64,000 nt of DNA, from positions 17,484,001 through 17,548,000 of the forward strand of contig NC_043016.1 in NCBI RefSeq assembly GCF_006345805.1, given 5' to 3'. Every line of letters begins with the position of its first letter. Within the stretch, counting starts at the first letter, position 1. A program made the translations under genes and the position numbers. The stretch is from Octopus sinensis. Lineage: Eukaryota. Positions 1 to 12,217 of this stretch are shown piece after piece. The notes below the pieces were generated by a model. That model worked only from the letters and a program-made list of their open reading frames with translations. It ran no database searches and was not told the DNA's origin.

Positions 1-178
1 CCGCTACGTTCTGAGTTCAAATTTCGCCGAGGTCGACTTTACCTTTCATCCTTTCGGGGTCGATAAATTAAGTACCAGTTACGCACTGGGGTCGATGTAA
101 TCAATTTAATCCCTTTGTCTGTCATTGTTTGTCCCTTCTACGTTTAGCCCCCTGTGGGCAATAAAGAAATAAGAAATA
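1..178 (+). mobile_element. tRNA-derived SINE family A (5'-truncated by the window edge)
   Basis: B-box-like GAGTTCAAATT followed by GAGGTCGACTTT.CCTTTCATCCTTTCGGGGTCGATAAATTAAGTACCAG. The same block recurs at 5883-6207, 8038-8090, 23955-24345, 26043-26245 and 62070-62235. The central block resembles, from memory, the Meta/MESC-type SINE domain. Confidence 0.85.
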
Positions 179-397
179 TGCATTTTTCTTATATTTTAGC
201 TTTAACAAAAAGAGAATAGAATCACAAAAAGGAGAATAAAATCACAAAATTGTAAGATATCATTTACTAGAAACTTCAAAATTCTAAAATTACTACGAAA
301 ACACGTAAAACACAAATATACTCAAATTCCTAACATACTTAAACTAATTCATATAACTATAATTTACTCTATATTCTCTATTACCCTTATACTAATT

Positions 398-772
398 TTT
401 CTGTTTCAGTCATATAAATATGGTTACGCTGGAGCCCCGTCTTTATTCGAACAAATCAACCCCTGGACTTATTCTTTGTAAGCCTAGTAATTATTCTATC
501 GGTATTTTTTTTTGCCGAACAGCTAAATTACGGGAGCGTAAACACACCAACATCGGTTGTCAAGTGATGGGGGGGGGGCAAACACAAACATACAGATACA
601 TATATATACGACGGGCTTCTTTCAGTTTCCGTCAGCCAAATCCACTCACAACGCTCTGGTTGGCCCGTGGCTATAGTAGAAGACACTTGCCCAAGGTGCC
701 ACACAGTGGGATTGAACCTGGAACTGTGTAGTTGGGAAGCAAGCTACTTACCACACAGCCGCTCCTGTGCCT
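398..772 (-). mobile_element. tRNA-derived SINE family B (CORE-like)
   Basis: Minus strand gives a head GGCTGTGTGGTAAG...GGTTCAATCCC, then GGCACCTTGGGCAAGTGTCTT (CORE-like). A near-identical copy lies at 36580-37001. Confidence 0.8.
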
Positions 773-782
773 GTATATATAT

Positions 783-798
783 GTATATATGTATGTGT

Positions 799-848
<50 letters not shown>

Positions 849-905
849 GTGTGTATGCATGTATGTTTGTACGTATGTATCTACATGTATGTATGTATGT
901 AAGTA
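783..905. repeat. (TG)n/(TATG)n compound microsatellite
   Basis: Direct inspection. Confidence 0.95.
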
Positions 906-2940
906 TGTATCATGCGATTGTGTGCTTTGAAGAGTGTCTTATTTTAGGCATTGTTATTTATACAAACACTCACAGAGATGGCATTTACAGCTTGAAGGCA
1001 ATTATAGTGAAGCTTATTAAAAGTCAGCAGCAGTTATAATAGCGGAGTCCCTCAGCAACCACCTTATATTGGCAATCACATTTAAAACTGTCAACATCTT
1101 GTAGAGAAGACTTCACAGCGATTTTATATTTGTTTATGCGAAAACATTTAAAATGACCAATATATATGTAACCATAATCAAATCTATATGTTGAATATAT
1201 ATTCATTTTATTTGTAAATATAAGAGAGTGACCACTATGTGATCGACTATAGCACTAAAAATAGATCCGCTACGGTTTCTACATTATTTTCGTGACACGC
1301 TAATCAAGTGAGACGAAGAGAATGTGAAATAGGGATGAATTCAATTTTACCTCTACAAATAACAGTGACGTCTAATTTATGCGCTTTGAGCAAGTGCCAC
1401 GGCAGGAAAACCGATCCTTAAACAAGGTAATTCGTCAGTCACTCAGCGCAACTAAGCGGAAAGTTGAATCACGACCCTGCAGGTAATGTTACCTGTGATA
1501 TACTGCCGCCCTAATCAACATAAGATTGACCTATCAATTGTTTAATGATGCTACAAGTCAATATTTTTTTCAATACAGTTTTTATTTGTCAATATGAACA
1601 GAGAAAAATAATAAAATAGTATTACCATTGTTTGTCAATAGAGTTCTGGAAGTGGAGCATAAGGTGTGACCGATAAAAGTGATGCGGGGATGCTGGGGCA
1701 AGTAGGCGTTTCCTGTAAAAAGTTAGTTTGTATTTTAGATAAGCGGGTTCTGATTTCTGCCGCATTATGTATTTACCGTGATAAAAGTTGTTTAACCTGT
1801 TGCAAATATCAACTGGCATCTCTCCATCATATTAACCAAGTGTTAAAGATGTACTATGTAACATTTTCTTTTTTTTTTTAAAAAAAAAAAAGAAAATAAA
1901 GCTATAAAAAATAGCTGATAATTATCTGAACATCCATCAAAACTATTAAGCTAGAAACATCTTTATAAAAATGTCACAGCCAATTAAGAGGAACCAATAA
2001 TTTCATATTCAGAACGTTATGCTTCATGTGAACCATGTTTCTATCGATTTACAACTAAATATAGTTTACACATCAGTCGTTTGCCATATGAAATGAGGTC
2101 TGATACTGCGCCAGTGTTTTTTGTTCTGTTTTGTTTATTTTTTTTATATATATGTATTTTTTGTCGAATCATTTTATTGGACTGATGTCTGAAGCCTTTT
2201 ATGATATTTAGCATTCTCGGTTAAAGCTGCGTCCATAAAGCTGTGCCATTTACTCTTCATACTCCCACTAAGTCGATCGAAAATACCTTTTAAATATATA
2301 ACTCCCCAGTGTTAATGCGAGTAATCCGCTGTTCAAACACTGAATGGGTAAGCCTAATGTTTCAGCAATCTGAGATTGACAAAATAAGCATCTTTGTCAT
2401 CCTGAAATAACAATTTGGAAGAAAAACAAAAAGCAAAAATGCTCTAACCTCTTCTCTTTCTGTCTTTCTCTTTTTGTCCCCACCTCTCTCTCCCTCTCTC
2501 TCTCTGTTTCTGTGTGTATCTTTCTGTTTCTTTCAAGAGGAAGGGGTCGGGGCAGTGCTCATTATTTTTGAAGACTAATTAGGCTGATGTTCAGCTTCAT
2601 CTTTAGATTGGAAAAAATCGTGAGCAAGTAGGGAATTCCAGGGGTTGTAATTCTGGAAGCAGCAGTTTGGGTGAATTTCGGGTGGGGTGGGGTGGGGTGA
2701 AGTACCATGAAGCTGATGGAAAAAAAAAAGGCGCGCATTAGCTGGGCTTAAATGGTACATAACAACCTAGTTGAGAGGAACAGAATAAACAGAGAAATCG
2801 AAATTGTGTTTCAGTCCGGCAGGGGCGTAGGTGGGGCAACGTAGATGGGGGGGGGGAAACGGTAGAATCAATCTGTTGCATGACCTGTTTCGGAATGCAA
2901 TCTAGAACGCACGCGCGCACGTGTGTGTGTGTGTGTGTGT

Positions 2941-2984
<44 letters not shown>

Positions 2985-3249
2985 TGAGTTACACGATTAC
3001 TGTGAAACTGAAGACACTGTAGAATTCCCAAAAGGTAAATCTTTTGTAATACACTTCTGGCTTTGTTTTGTTATTGCCAGGTCAACTGCAATTGAGGAAA
3101 CCTATGATTAAAAATAGTCCAGCTCTAACCACGCAGTCTTTTTATTTTCAGACATAGTATATCTGGGACAATACCCAACATGTCTCTCTTTTTATTAAAA
3201 TCCCTAGAGTAGTGGCTCTCAGCTGGGATCAACATGGCTATTAGAGATC

Positions 3250-3495
3250 CACATAAAATTTTATCATTAAAATTTATCCGTAGTAAATTGCTTCTAAAAT
3301 GCACAAAACGTTTTAACAATTCTTTTAATACAACTCCTAATATATGATTATAAAATATAATAGGATTTTTAACATACCAAATAGTTATGAGGGTCCAAAT
3401 GGCTATGAAGGGTCCAAATGGCTATGAGGGTCTGATTAAAATAGGAACCAAACGGGTTCCATAGGTAAAAAATGGTTGAGAACCAATGTTCTAGA
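3250..3495 (-). mobile_element. Possible hAT-type MITE end with a short internal tandem repeat
   Basis: Minus strand begins CATTGGTTCTCAACC, similar to the CAGTGGTTCTCAACC hAT TIR. TATGA(A)GGGTCCAAATGGC is repeated about 2.5 times at ~3386-3431. The partner TIR was not found. Confidence 0.35.
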
Positions 3496-4964
3496 CTGCG
3501 ATAGGGATGTTGGATGTTAGTTTTAGTAGATTACGAAGCATTTGGCAGTGAAATAAATGTGTGGTCACAATCAAAGTTTTAGAGATCAAGTATTTGCATG
3601 CAGAATAATGGTTTGGGTTGTGTATTCATGAGTATAACGGGAATAGTGATGTGTTTCTTTGTTTAGTAATTGTGTCTTGGCTTGCATGGCCCGATCATTT
3701 CGAAGTTTATGTACTTGGACCTGTGTTTTTTCTTCTATAGATGACGCCTGTATTGGCGAAAACTAATTGTGGACGGGAAGATATCGCTTGAATAAGGTTG
3801 TGTTGTTGGAAGTAACCATGAAAAGATTGTTGACAAAATGAAGGAAAATTTAGTGAAGTACACAAACTTTGGTTTTATATAATTAATAATAAATTTGAAA
3901 AGTTTATCACTGGAAGTGAGGGTCACTAGCCAGGGCCTATAAGAAGAGGATTTAGCCAGTGCATCTGTTCAGAATTTAGCTGGAAGATCTGTTCAAGTCA
4001 AGGAAGAGCCCGTGACTCTGTAACAGATCACTCGCTGAAAAAAATTCAAATTCGTTGAAATTCCTTGAAATTCCGAAGGCAGTTTTGCTCTGCTATGCCA
4101 AATTTCCGTTGGAGCTTCACTCACAAACAGTATAGAAAGACGCCAAAGTTGATTTCTTAAATGTTATTGTTTTTTAAATTCTGATCGGTCTCGTTGAAGC
4201 AGATTTACGAGCATTCGAAACCGTGACCATCCTACCTAATATGCGACTACATTATTCAAAGTGTCTTTTGCTTTTTAAGGTAGTGTTTCTAGAGTAGCTG
4301 GTGTTTCTAGCTTGCTAGGTGACTATTTAGCGGTCCCCTCATTGAATCTTAAAAGCTGCGGTTGTTTACTACAGTTTTTTTATCACCTTTGAGTTATTGG
4401 AAGTGGGAAGTTGCCAGACACAGAAAGTTGGCCATTGTGTGCAATAGGAGACACTGAGGAGTCTTTTTATAGGTAAAACACTTACCTTTATAGGTAGAGT
4501 AAGATAAAGGAGAGGTGAGAAGGGACATACATTCATACATACATACTCACATAATTACTCTATCCAGATTACATGCTCAGGTTTATACCTGTAATTATTG
4601 TGGTCTTGGGATATGTAACATACTGCCTAAATACCAATCTTGAGACATTAGGCTCCTCAAAACCAAAAAGGAGAAAGATAATTCCAAGATTACAGAGCCA
4701 GTCCATCAATGGAACTGGAAAAATGTGTAAAACTTTCCAGAAGTTTATCATTTGAATATATTTGATTAGTCTTCATATGCAACAATATGCATGAGAATAC
4801 ATACATAAAACAAAACATACAAATCTGCATGTATACATACAACACACACACACATACATACACACACATACATACATACACACACATACATACATACATA
4901 CATACATACATACATACATTACATACATACATACATACATACATACATCAAAACCAAAAAAAGA

Positions 4965-5560
4965 TACTGACCACCACTGGCAACTGCCACTCCAACAGCG
5001 ACTCCCATAGGATTTATGTGAGATGAAATGATGGTGGTAGAGGCGTAAGGTCGGTCCAAGCAGCATTGTATCAGTCAGACAAAACCTGCTGGACAGTAAA
5101 GAAAGGAATGTGCGCATCCCATGCATACTGGGAAGTGAGAGTAAGGACATCTTCAGATTTGGAGAAGAACTACTGTACGGGTGCTCTGGGAATACAATTG
5201 TCTCAAAGGAAGTTTGACCGACCAACCTTAACAGAAGGAGAAGCAGGCATCATACGAGCGCCATATTCCGCCAGTTAGAGGATAACAACAGCATTGACAG
5301 GAAGAGTAGCATCTTCTGGACCTGTGATAGATACATCCCACCCAGAGGGATATGCCGTCGCTATCCATGAACAGCTGAAAACTACTAAATACCTGCTAAA
5401 TCAGAGGGACAAGAGCACCACTAACCTCCACGCAGTGGTAAAATATGTCGGCTTTGCTATACCAGTGTCAATGATATCACACACATCAGCAGCTGTTCCG
5501 AAACGAGGCTTGATAAAGTAGTAAAGATTATTTACAATGGTGTCCGCAGGAAGGACTTCC
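4965..5560 (+). pseudogene. Decayed R4/NeSL-like LINE fragment
   Basis: Translation DSHRIYVR*NDGGRGVRSV resembles the D.xRLY.xRKEGGRGL motif that follows the RT in RLE LINEs. The remainder is heavily degraded. Confidence 0.35.
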
Positions 5561-5561
5561 C

Positions 5562-6505
5562 GGTGGTGGTGGTGAACATCTATAACCGACCCCTCTCTTT
5601 TCTTTCTATTTTATTTTATTTTATTTTATTTTTTATTATTTTTTTTTCTCCTGTTTCTTTATATTTAAACCTGATATTTTAAAATCTAATAAAATTTCCG
5701 CAACTGTTTCTATCAAAAAATATCTACAACAGGGCATGACATTAGTTCCATCTCCCACAGAACAATATTAAATCTGTTATGTTTGCACCGAATTGATGTT
5801 TTTATTGGGGTGTTCCACCAGTATTCCTTATTTTTAAAGGTATAAATACATGCTGGTTCTGACATGCCTTTTTGATATATACTATTTCTTTACTACCCAC
5901 AAGGGGCTAAACACAGAGGGGGACGAACAAGGACAGAGAAACAGATTAAGTCGATTATATCGACCCCAGTGCGTAACTGGTACTTATTTAATCGACCCCG
6001 AAAGGATGAAAGGCAAAGTCGACCTCGGCGGAATTTGAACTCAGGACGTAGTTCAAATTCCGCCGAGGTCGACTTTGCCTTTCATCCTTTCGGGGTCGAT
6101 AAATAAGTACCAGTTACGCACTGGGGTCGATATAATCGACTTAATCTGTTTCTCTGTCCTTGTTCGTCCCCCTCTGTGTTTAGCCCCTTGTGGGTAGTAA
6201 AGAAATAGTATATATCAAAAAGGCATGTCAGAACCAGCATGTATTTATACCTTTAAAAATAAGGAATACTGGTGGAACACCCCAATAAAAACATCAATTC
6301 GGTGCAAACATAACAGATTTAATATTGTTCTGTGGGAGATGGAACTAATGTCATGCCCTGTTGTAGATATTTTTTGATAGAAACAGTTGCGGAAATTTTT
6401 ATTAGATTTTAAAATATCAGGTTTAAATATAAAGAAACAACAGGAGAAAAAAATAGAATAGAAAGAAAAGAGAGGGGTCGGTTATAGGTGTTCACCACCA
6501 CCACC
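5562..6505. repeat. ~950-bp near-perfect palindrome (arms 5562-6041 and 6050-~6505, 8-nt spacer CAGGACGT)
   Basis: The arms are reverse complements over SINE-A plus ~320 bp of flanking unique DNA. They differ by a few substitutions/indels and an (ATTTT)n expansion in the left arm. Confidence 0.95.
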
Positions 6506-6732
6506 ACCACCACCACCACCACCACCACCACCACAACCACCACAACCACCGACAACAACAATTATATTCTATTCTCAAATTCTTGTTGGTTAATAATTTT
6601 TACCAATTAAAGGAATTTCACTTTGGCATCAGTGACATTTAGAAAATATATGTAATGAGAACAATAAATTTCTAAAATCTGTCTCAGCATTGAAACTGAT
6701 AAAATACAAGGATGGCCTAAAAGTCTCTTACC

Positions 6733-6800
<68 letters not shown>

Positions 6801-7334
6801 ATATATATTATATGTATATATCTATCCACACCCCTTCTTTCTCATCTATGAAGTATATTTCCTCAACGGCATTTTCAAATTTTAGCATTCCCTTCATTAC
6901 TTAGCTTTCTATATATGTATATGTGTGTATATCTGTATTTGTTCTTGTATGTATGTATACTATGTATGTGTACAAATGTGTGTATGTGTTTATGTGTGTT
7001 TGTGTATGTAGGTATGTATTTGGGTGTATCTATGCTTTGGGCATGCGTATGATCTTGTGCGTATATGTGTATTGTGTACGTGTATTTATTGTCGTACACG
7101 TCTGTAAACGTATGCATATGTATACATGTGAGTGCTGTGAGTGTATACATGTGTGTATGTGGATGTTGTTATTACTTATCTAGTGATCTGTATATATGTA
7201 GATGTGTATGTGTCTACATATATGTATATTTGTATATGTATATATATATATATATTATATGTATGTATATGTGTATATAATATATATAATATATATATAT
7301 ATATATAAATATAAATGTATATATATATATATAT

Positions 7335-7379
<45 letters not shown>

Positions 7380-7491
7380 ATATATATCTCTATATATATA
7401 TATATATATATATGATAAATATATAATATATATATGTCTTATTTCTCTTCTATCTTTTCTCTTTTCAAAAGAAAATATTTCTCCCAGCGTT

Positions 7492-8516
7492 GGATCTTTT
7501 CTATTTGATAGACGGAATTTTCTAGTTAACTAAAAAATTTGAAACTTCGTATACTGGTAGAATGTGTCGAAAGAAAACATTATTGTAAACAAAATTGAAA
7601 ACAAAATTGTAATTCATAACTTAAACGTAGTTTAATTTTAAGAATTTTAACCAATAAAATCGCAGCATTCGAGCTCAAATTATTTACTGCGTCTAAAAAC
7701 TCACACGCACACGTCTTATTCATCCTTGTCTCTTCTTCTGTCTTCTACATGTGCTAGAAATAACAGCTATATCTCTTAAATCGATGAATTTCGTCTCCCA
7801 AATAAAAATATTAACGATATTTTTTGAATATTTTCTTTCTTTTTTTTTTACCGGAAAGGCTTCTCCCATGGTTTTGAAGGGCCAGAAACAACAAAAACAA
7901 AACAATAATATGCCTAAATCGGCCTCGAGTTTGCGCGTGGAGTGTGAGTAGTATTGTAAAAAATTTGCGAAATATTTTTTCATAAAAGGATGCCCCCAGC
8001 TTGTCGGAAGCTGTGATATAAATTAGGAAAAAAATCCTCGACACCAGTGCGTAATTGGTACTTAATTTATCGACCCCGAAACGATGAAACATTGACCGCC
8101 CCCCTTCTGGTTTATTTACCTTTTGTGCAAAACACGAACGTGTAATGTATGCTTGTGTGCGTATGTGTGTGTACGCTTATATATTAATTACTATGTGCTT
8201 GTGCAAATGTATATGCATGTGTTTGAGAGAGAGAGAGAAAGAGAGAGAGTGTGTGTGTGTGTGTCGTGCGTCTGCTATATTTCTTTATCAATATCGATAA
8301 CACAGCAATGCTGGGATTTCATTGGTTAAAATTCGTAGATGTTGGGATTTCATTGGTTAAAATTCGTAAAAATTAAACTACGTTTAAGTTACGAATTACA
8401 ATTTTGTTTTCAATTTTGTTTACAATAATGTTTTCTTTCGACACATTCTACCAGTATACGAAGTTTCAAATTTTTTAGTTAACTAGAAAATTCCGTCTAT
8501 CAAACAGAAAAGATCC
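7492..8516. mobile_element. Non-autonomous DNA transposon, Merlin-like (long TIRs, 8-bp TSD)
   Basis: TIRs of ~170-190 bp begin GGATCTTTTC and end GAAAAGATCC. The identical 8-mer CCAGCGTT flanks both ends (7484-7491 and 8517-8524). No transposase ORF inside. GG termini with an 8-bp TSD fit Merlin; hAT is not excluded. Confidence 0.75.
8038..8090 (-). mobile_element. SINE family A fragment nested in the MITE
   Basis: CCAGTGCGTAATTGGTACTTAATTTATCGACCCCGAAA is the reverse complement of the SINE-A core. Confidence 0.8.
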
Positions 8517-10017
8517 CCAGCGTTCACTATTTTCCTCTCGTTCTGTCTAACTTCTCTCCATGATTGTTTTCATTCGGTTTCCTTATATGTCTCCACTGTC
8601 CTGTTTTCCCCCTCAAATTTGACTCCCTACAAATCCTAAATTTTATTTTAGAATTTATGGGAGCAACTGTCTTTGAAGACACATATTGTCGTTGAATGCT
8701 GAACTCTTGAATTCATGCAGACACGCAGCTAAATTTAAAATGTCGACTAGCAATATCCCATATGGATTGCGTATATTTTTGATTCTTGGACTAGTTTTTA
8801 ATCACATTGTTGGATTTGTTTCATATTATGCTTGAGTTATTCCGCATCGCAAAGTTTTTGTATACATTTCGATATATTTCTTAAGAAAAACCTTCGACTG
8901 TTATATACTAATATTATTTTCTTGTTTAGGATTCTGCTTTTATTTTATTTCATTTTATTGCATTTTATAAACCCACTTTGGTCGTTTAATTTATAGATAA
9001 TTCAATTTAGGGTGTTATATTTTGCATGTTCTTTATCTAAAATTTATAATTATGCACTCAGCAATTTTTAAAAAAATGTTGTTTGTATATACGTCAGATC
9101 CTAGACATGTTTTTATGTGAATATTTGTATTGGCATGTATGATGATTCGCCATGCACGCCTCATGTATATGTGTAAGTGAGCGTGTATGTTTATACTTAT
9201 ACACATATATACATGGATGTATATGTATGCATGTATTCCTTGTGGATGTGTATTTACGTACTTGTCTCTATATATTTATATATGTGTCCTTATATGCGTA
9301 TTTACTGCTAATATACACTTTTATATACACATGTATACGTAATTTAATTTTTTGAACGTCCATTACGCATATTCAGACTTCTTTCTTTCTTCCTTTCTTT
9401 CCATATTAATTTGTTTCTCTCCCTATTCGTTACTTGTATAGGGTCCTGTAACTTTCTCATACTCACTTCTTTAGCTTTCTGTTGCTTATAAGATCGTTAC
9501 CTTTTCTTTTCTTTTTCTTCCCCCTCTCTGCATTTTTACTTCTAGTCTACATGTATACACCAAGTGATTTTGGCATGCGGGCAAGATTGCGTATACATAT
9601 GTATACGTGTATTTGAGTGTATATTTACGTTTTGCATTTATATGTCTGCATATGTATGTGGTCTGTGTACATCTATCTGTGTATATTGATGTATATATGT
9701 ATATTGATGGTTTAGTTTGAGTATATACTGTTGTGAAATATTTGAATAAATTTAAATTCTTTTGTATTAATTGTATTAATCGAATTATATTTTCTATATA
9801 ATTAACGATAATATGTATTTTGAATCCGCTCTTCGATTTAAGGTTTTTCCTCGATTTTTTTAAATAATTTATATTGAATTCATTTATTTTGTTTATTTTG
9901 TTTATCGCTTGCCTAAGACCGTTATTTGAAAGGACCAATGAAACAAATCTATTTTTAAAGGTGTGTCCTTCAACTAGTTTTGATCAATCGTTTCATTTCG
10001 GTTCTATTTTAACAAAA

Positions 10018-10059
10018 CTGTCCGACGAACGGACGGGAACATGAAACTCTGAGTAACAG
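10018..10059 (+). ncRNA. Degenerate type I hammerhead motif
   Basis: CTGT-CCGACGA-(stem II decayed)-GAAA-CTCTGAG-TA-ACAG. Stems I and III pair; the core has U4>C. Confidence 0.5.
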
Positions 10060-10272
10060 CTTTTGTTATATTTCCGACGCTTTTAAATAAGTATATATAA
10101 TATATATAATATAATATATATATATTATATATCAAGCATTATCAGTTGCAGCTAATTTTATCAATAAGCTTAAGGCTGTATTAAATTAATTCTGGCTTTT
10201 CTCGCTAATTTTTCAAGCTGAGAGATATGTCTAAATGCTGTTTGACTTTTTCTCCTTTCTTCTCTTTTTCTC

Positions 10273-10310
10273 TGTCCCCTGACAAAGGATTGAATCCGAA
10301 ACGTTGGATA
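10273..10310 (+). ncRNA. Degenerate minimal hammerhead motif (PLE-type)
   Basis: CTGACAA-A-GGAT-TGA-ATCC-GAAACGT-T-GG. Stem II is perfect, the core has G8>A, and stem III is the ACGT palindrome. Confidence 0.5.
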
Positions 10311-10401
10311 TTCCACTCCTCACGGCAAGTTCACTGTACCCCTTTCTCATTTTTCCAATTTTTTCAATTCTTGCCGACGCCAGAGCTATCACATTATTGC
10401 C

Positions 10402-10470
<69 letters not shown>

Positions 10471-11088
10471 ATATATTATATATACATATATATATTTTAA
10501 AATATATATATATTATATTAAATTAGAGACAAAACCACTATTATGCAAATCAAACAAAGAAAGACTTAAGCCAATACATAAATTAATTTATATAAATTTA
10601 GAAATTAACAATTATAAACTATATGTATATGTGTAGGTATAGATTTATATGTGTGGTGTGGGTTTGTGTACGTATTTAGAAATGTTTATATACATACATG
10701 TATATATGAGCATGAGCATGTGTATATATATTTTTTGTATTTTGAACTTAGCTATTTCATCTTTAAATATGAGAAATTAAATATATTAGGTTTTCATTAT
10801 ATACAATCGTTTATAGAGATTATTTTAGATCTTGATTATAATATTTATATATATTTTCATTGATAATTTATATATATTAGTCATTTCAAATATCTATATA
10901 AGTAGATATAGACTAAAATGGATATTAGAATATGGATTTTCTACCTTATAAATTAAAGTTAATATTTAACATTATAGTCGATTTCGATATAATTATATTT
11001 AATAATAGAGTTTATTATAAGTAATTTTTTATTTAGATTATATAGATTATTTATATCTTAAAAATATTGATTATATTTTAGGTTTTGA

Positions 11089-11149
11089 AACCACCTGATG
11101 AATGTCTCAAAGATGTGCTGAAATAAGACACGAAACGATCGTAGTGGTT
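11089..11149 (+). ncRNA. Type I hammerhead ribozyme, near-intact, long loop II
   Basis: AACCAC-CTGATGA-A-TGTCT...AGACA-C-GAAA-CGATCG-TA-GTGGTT. 6-bp stem I, palindromic stem III ACGATCGT, GUA triplet. The 10.1/11.1 pair is an A-C mismatch. Confidence 0.75.
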
Positions 11150-11335
11150 ATTTATAATTGTTAAATTTCTAAATTTATATAAATTAATTTATGTATTGGC
11201 TTAAGTCTTTCTTTGTTTGATTTGCATAATAGTGGTTTTGTCTCTAATTTAATATAATATAATATTTTACTATAAAATTGGATTCAATCCTAAATCTGAT
11301 TTTTCCCTGTAAATTTGGATTTATTCCCTAATATT

Positions 11336-11380
<45 letters not shown>

Positions 11381-11529
11381 ATACATACAACATACATATA
11401 TATATACACACATGCATATATGGGTACAGGACGTTACCAACGTTGCAAATAACATGAAATACGTAAACAACAGGAGAAAAAAGGGAAAACAGGACAAGTA
11501 AACACGGAGAAAGAACACATCATCTGTGT

Positions 11530-11954
11530 GTCCTCCTGGGGCTAAAAACTACAGTAGCATCCACCCTTAGGGGTTAGCCATATTGAGATGGCAAATATAC
11601 GCCATGATGTGTTAGCGCTACTGTATATAACTCACTTTGATATTTATCATTGTTTGATTTCACTTTTTCAATATCAGCGACAGTGGACGCTGGAAAAAGT
11701 ATAAGTATTTGTGAAGGAAATCTAATTCTCGCCGACAACTATGATTGTCACACGCTGACGAGAGGTCAATACCTCGAAACTCGAGTCCGTGTGTATCATA
11801 AGTTGAAGACGGGAAGGATGACTTCCCTTTGCAAATACTGATAGGGCACAGAAAGTGTGTCTATGGCCAGCTGGAGGAGTGCGTCCTCCTGGGGCTAAAA
11901 ACTACAGTAGCATCCACCCTTAGGGGTTAGCCATATTGAGATGGCAAATATACG
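11530..11954 (+). mobile_element. Retrozyme-like unit: 353-nt monomer plus 72-nt identical terminal redundancy
   Basis: 11530-11601 is identical to 11883-11954. Non-coding, with multiple hairpins and an intact HHR at 11736-11805. Confidence 0.7.
11736..11805 (+). ncRNA. Intact type I hammerhead ribozyme with extended stem I
   Basis: CACACG-CTGACGA-GAGGT-CAAT-ACCTC-GAAA-CTCGAG-TC-CGTGTG. All core nucleotides are canonical, with GUC cleavage after 11787. Stem I extends through ATGAT/ATCAT and CAACT/AGTTG with bulges. Confidence 0.92.
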
Positions 11955-12217
11955 TCATTATATATATATTATATATTATTATTTAATTGAACGCAACGAA
12001 TCCATTTCCCAAGTATGTACACACACACACATATATATATAATAAATATCTGAGTGATATAAATGTGTACATATATGCGTATATGTGTATGTGCATATGC
12101 ATATTTATATCCGTCTCATATTCTGTGGTTTCTTATATCTGTTAAACTGTCTATTTGATGCACACTGTTGTTTATATCCTCCCTTAGGAGATTGATGCAT
12201 CGCTGATATCATTATTC

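Noticed and set aside
11530-11954. Direct repeats here and at 34354-34425 as a CRISPR-like array
   Set aside because: Only two (or three abutting) repeats, no spacer series, no cas genes and a eukaryotic context.
11860-11954. HDV-like, twister or pistol ribozyme in the 72-nt repeat
   Set aside because: Hairpins are present, but I could not build the nested double pseudoknot or find the conserved catalytic residues.
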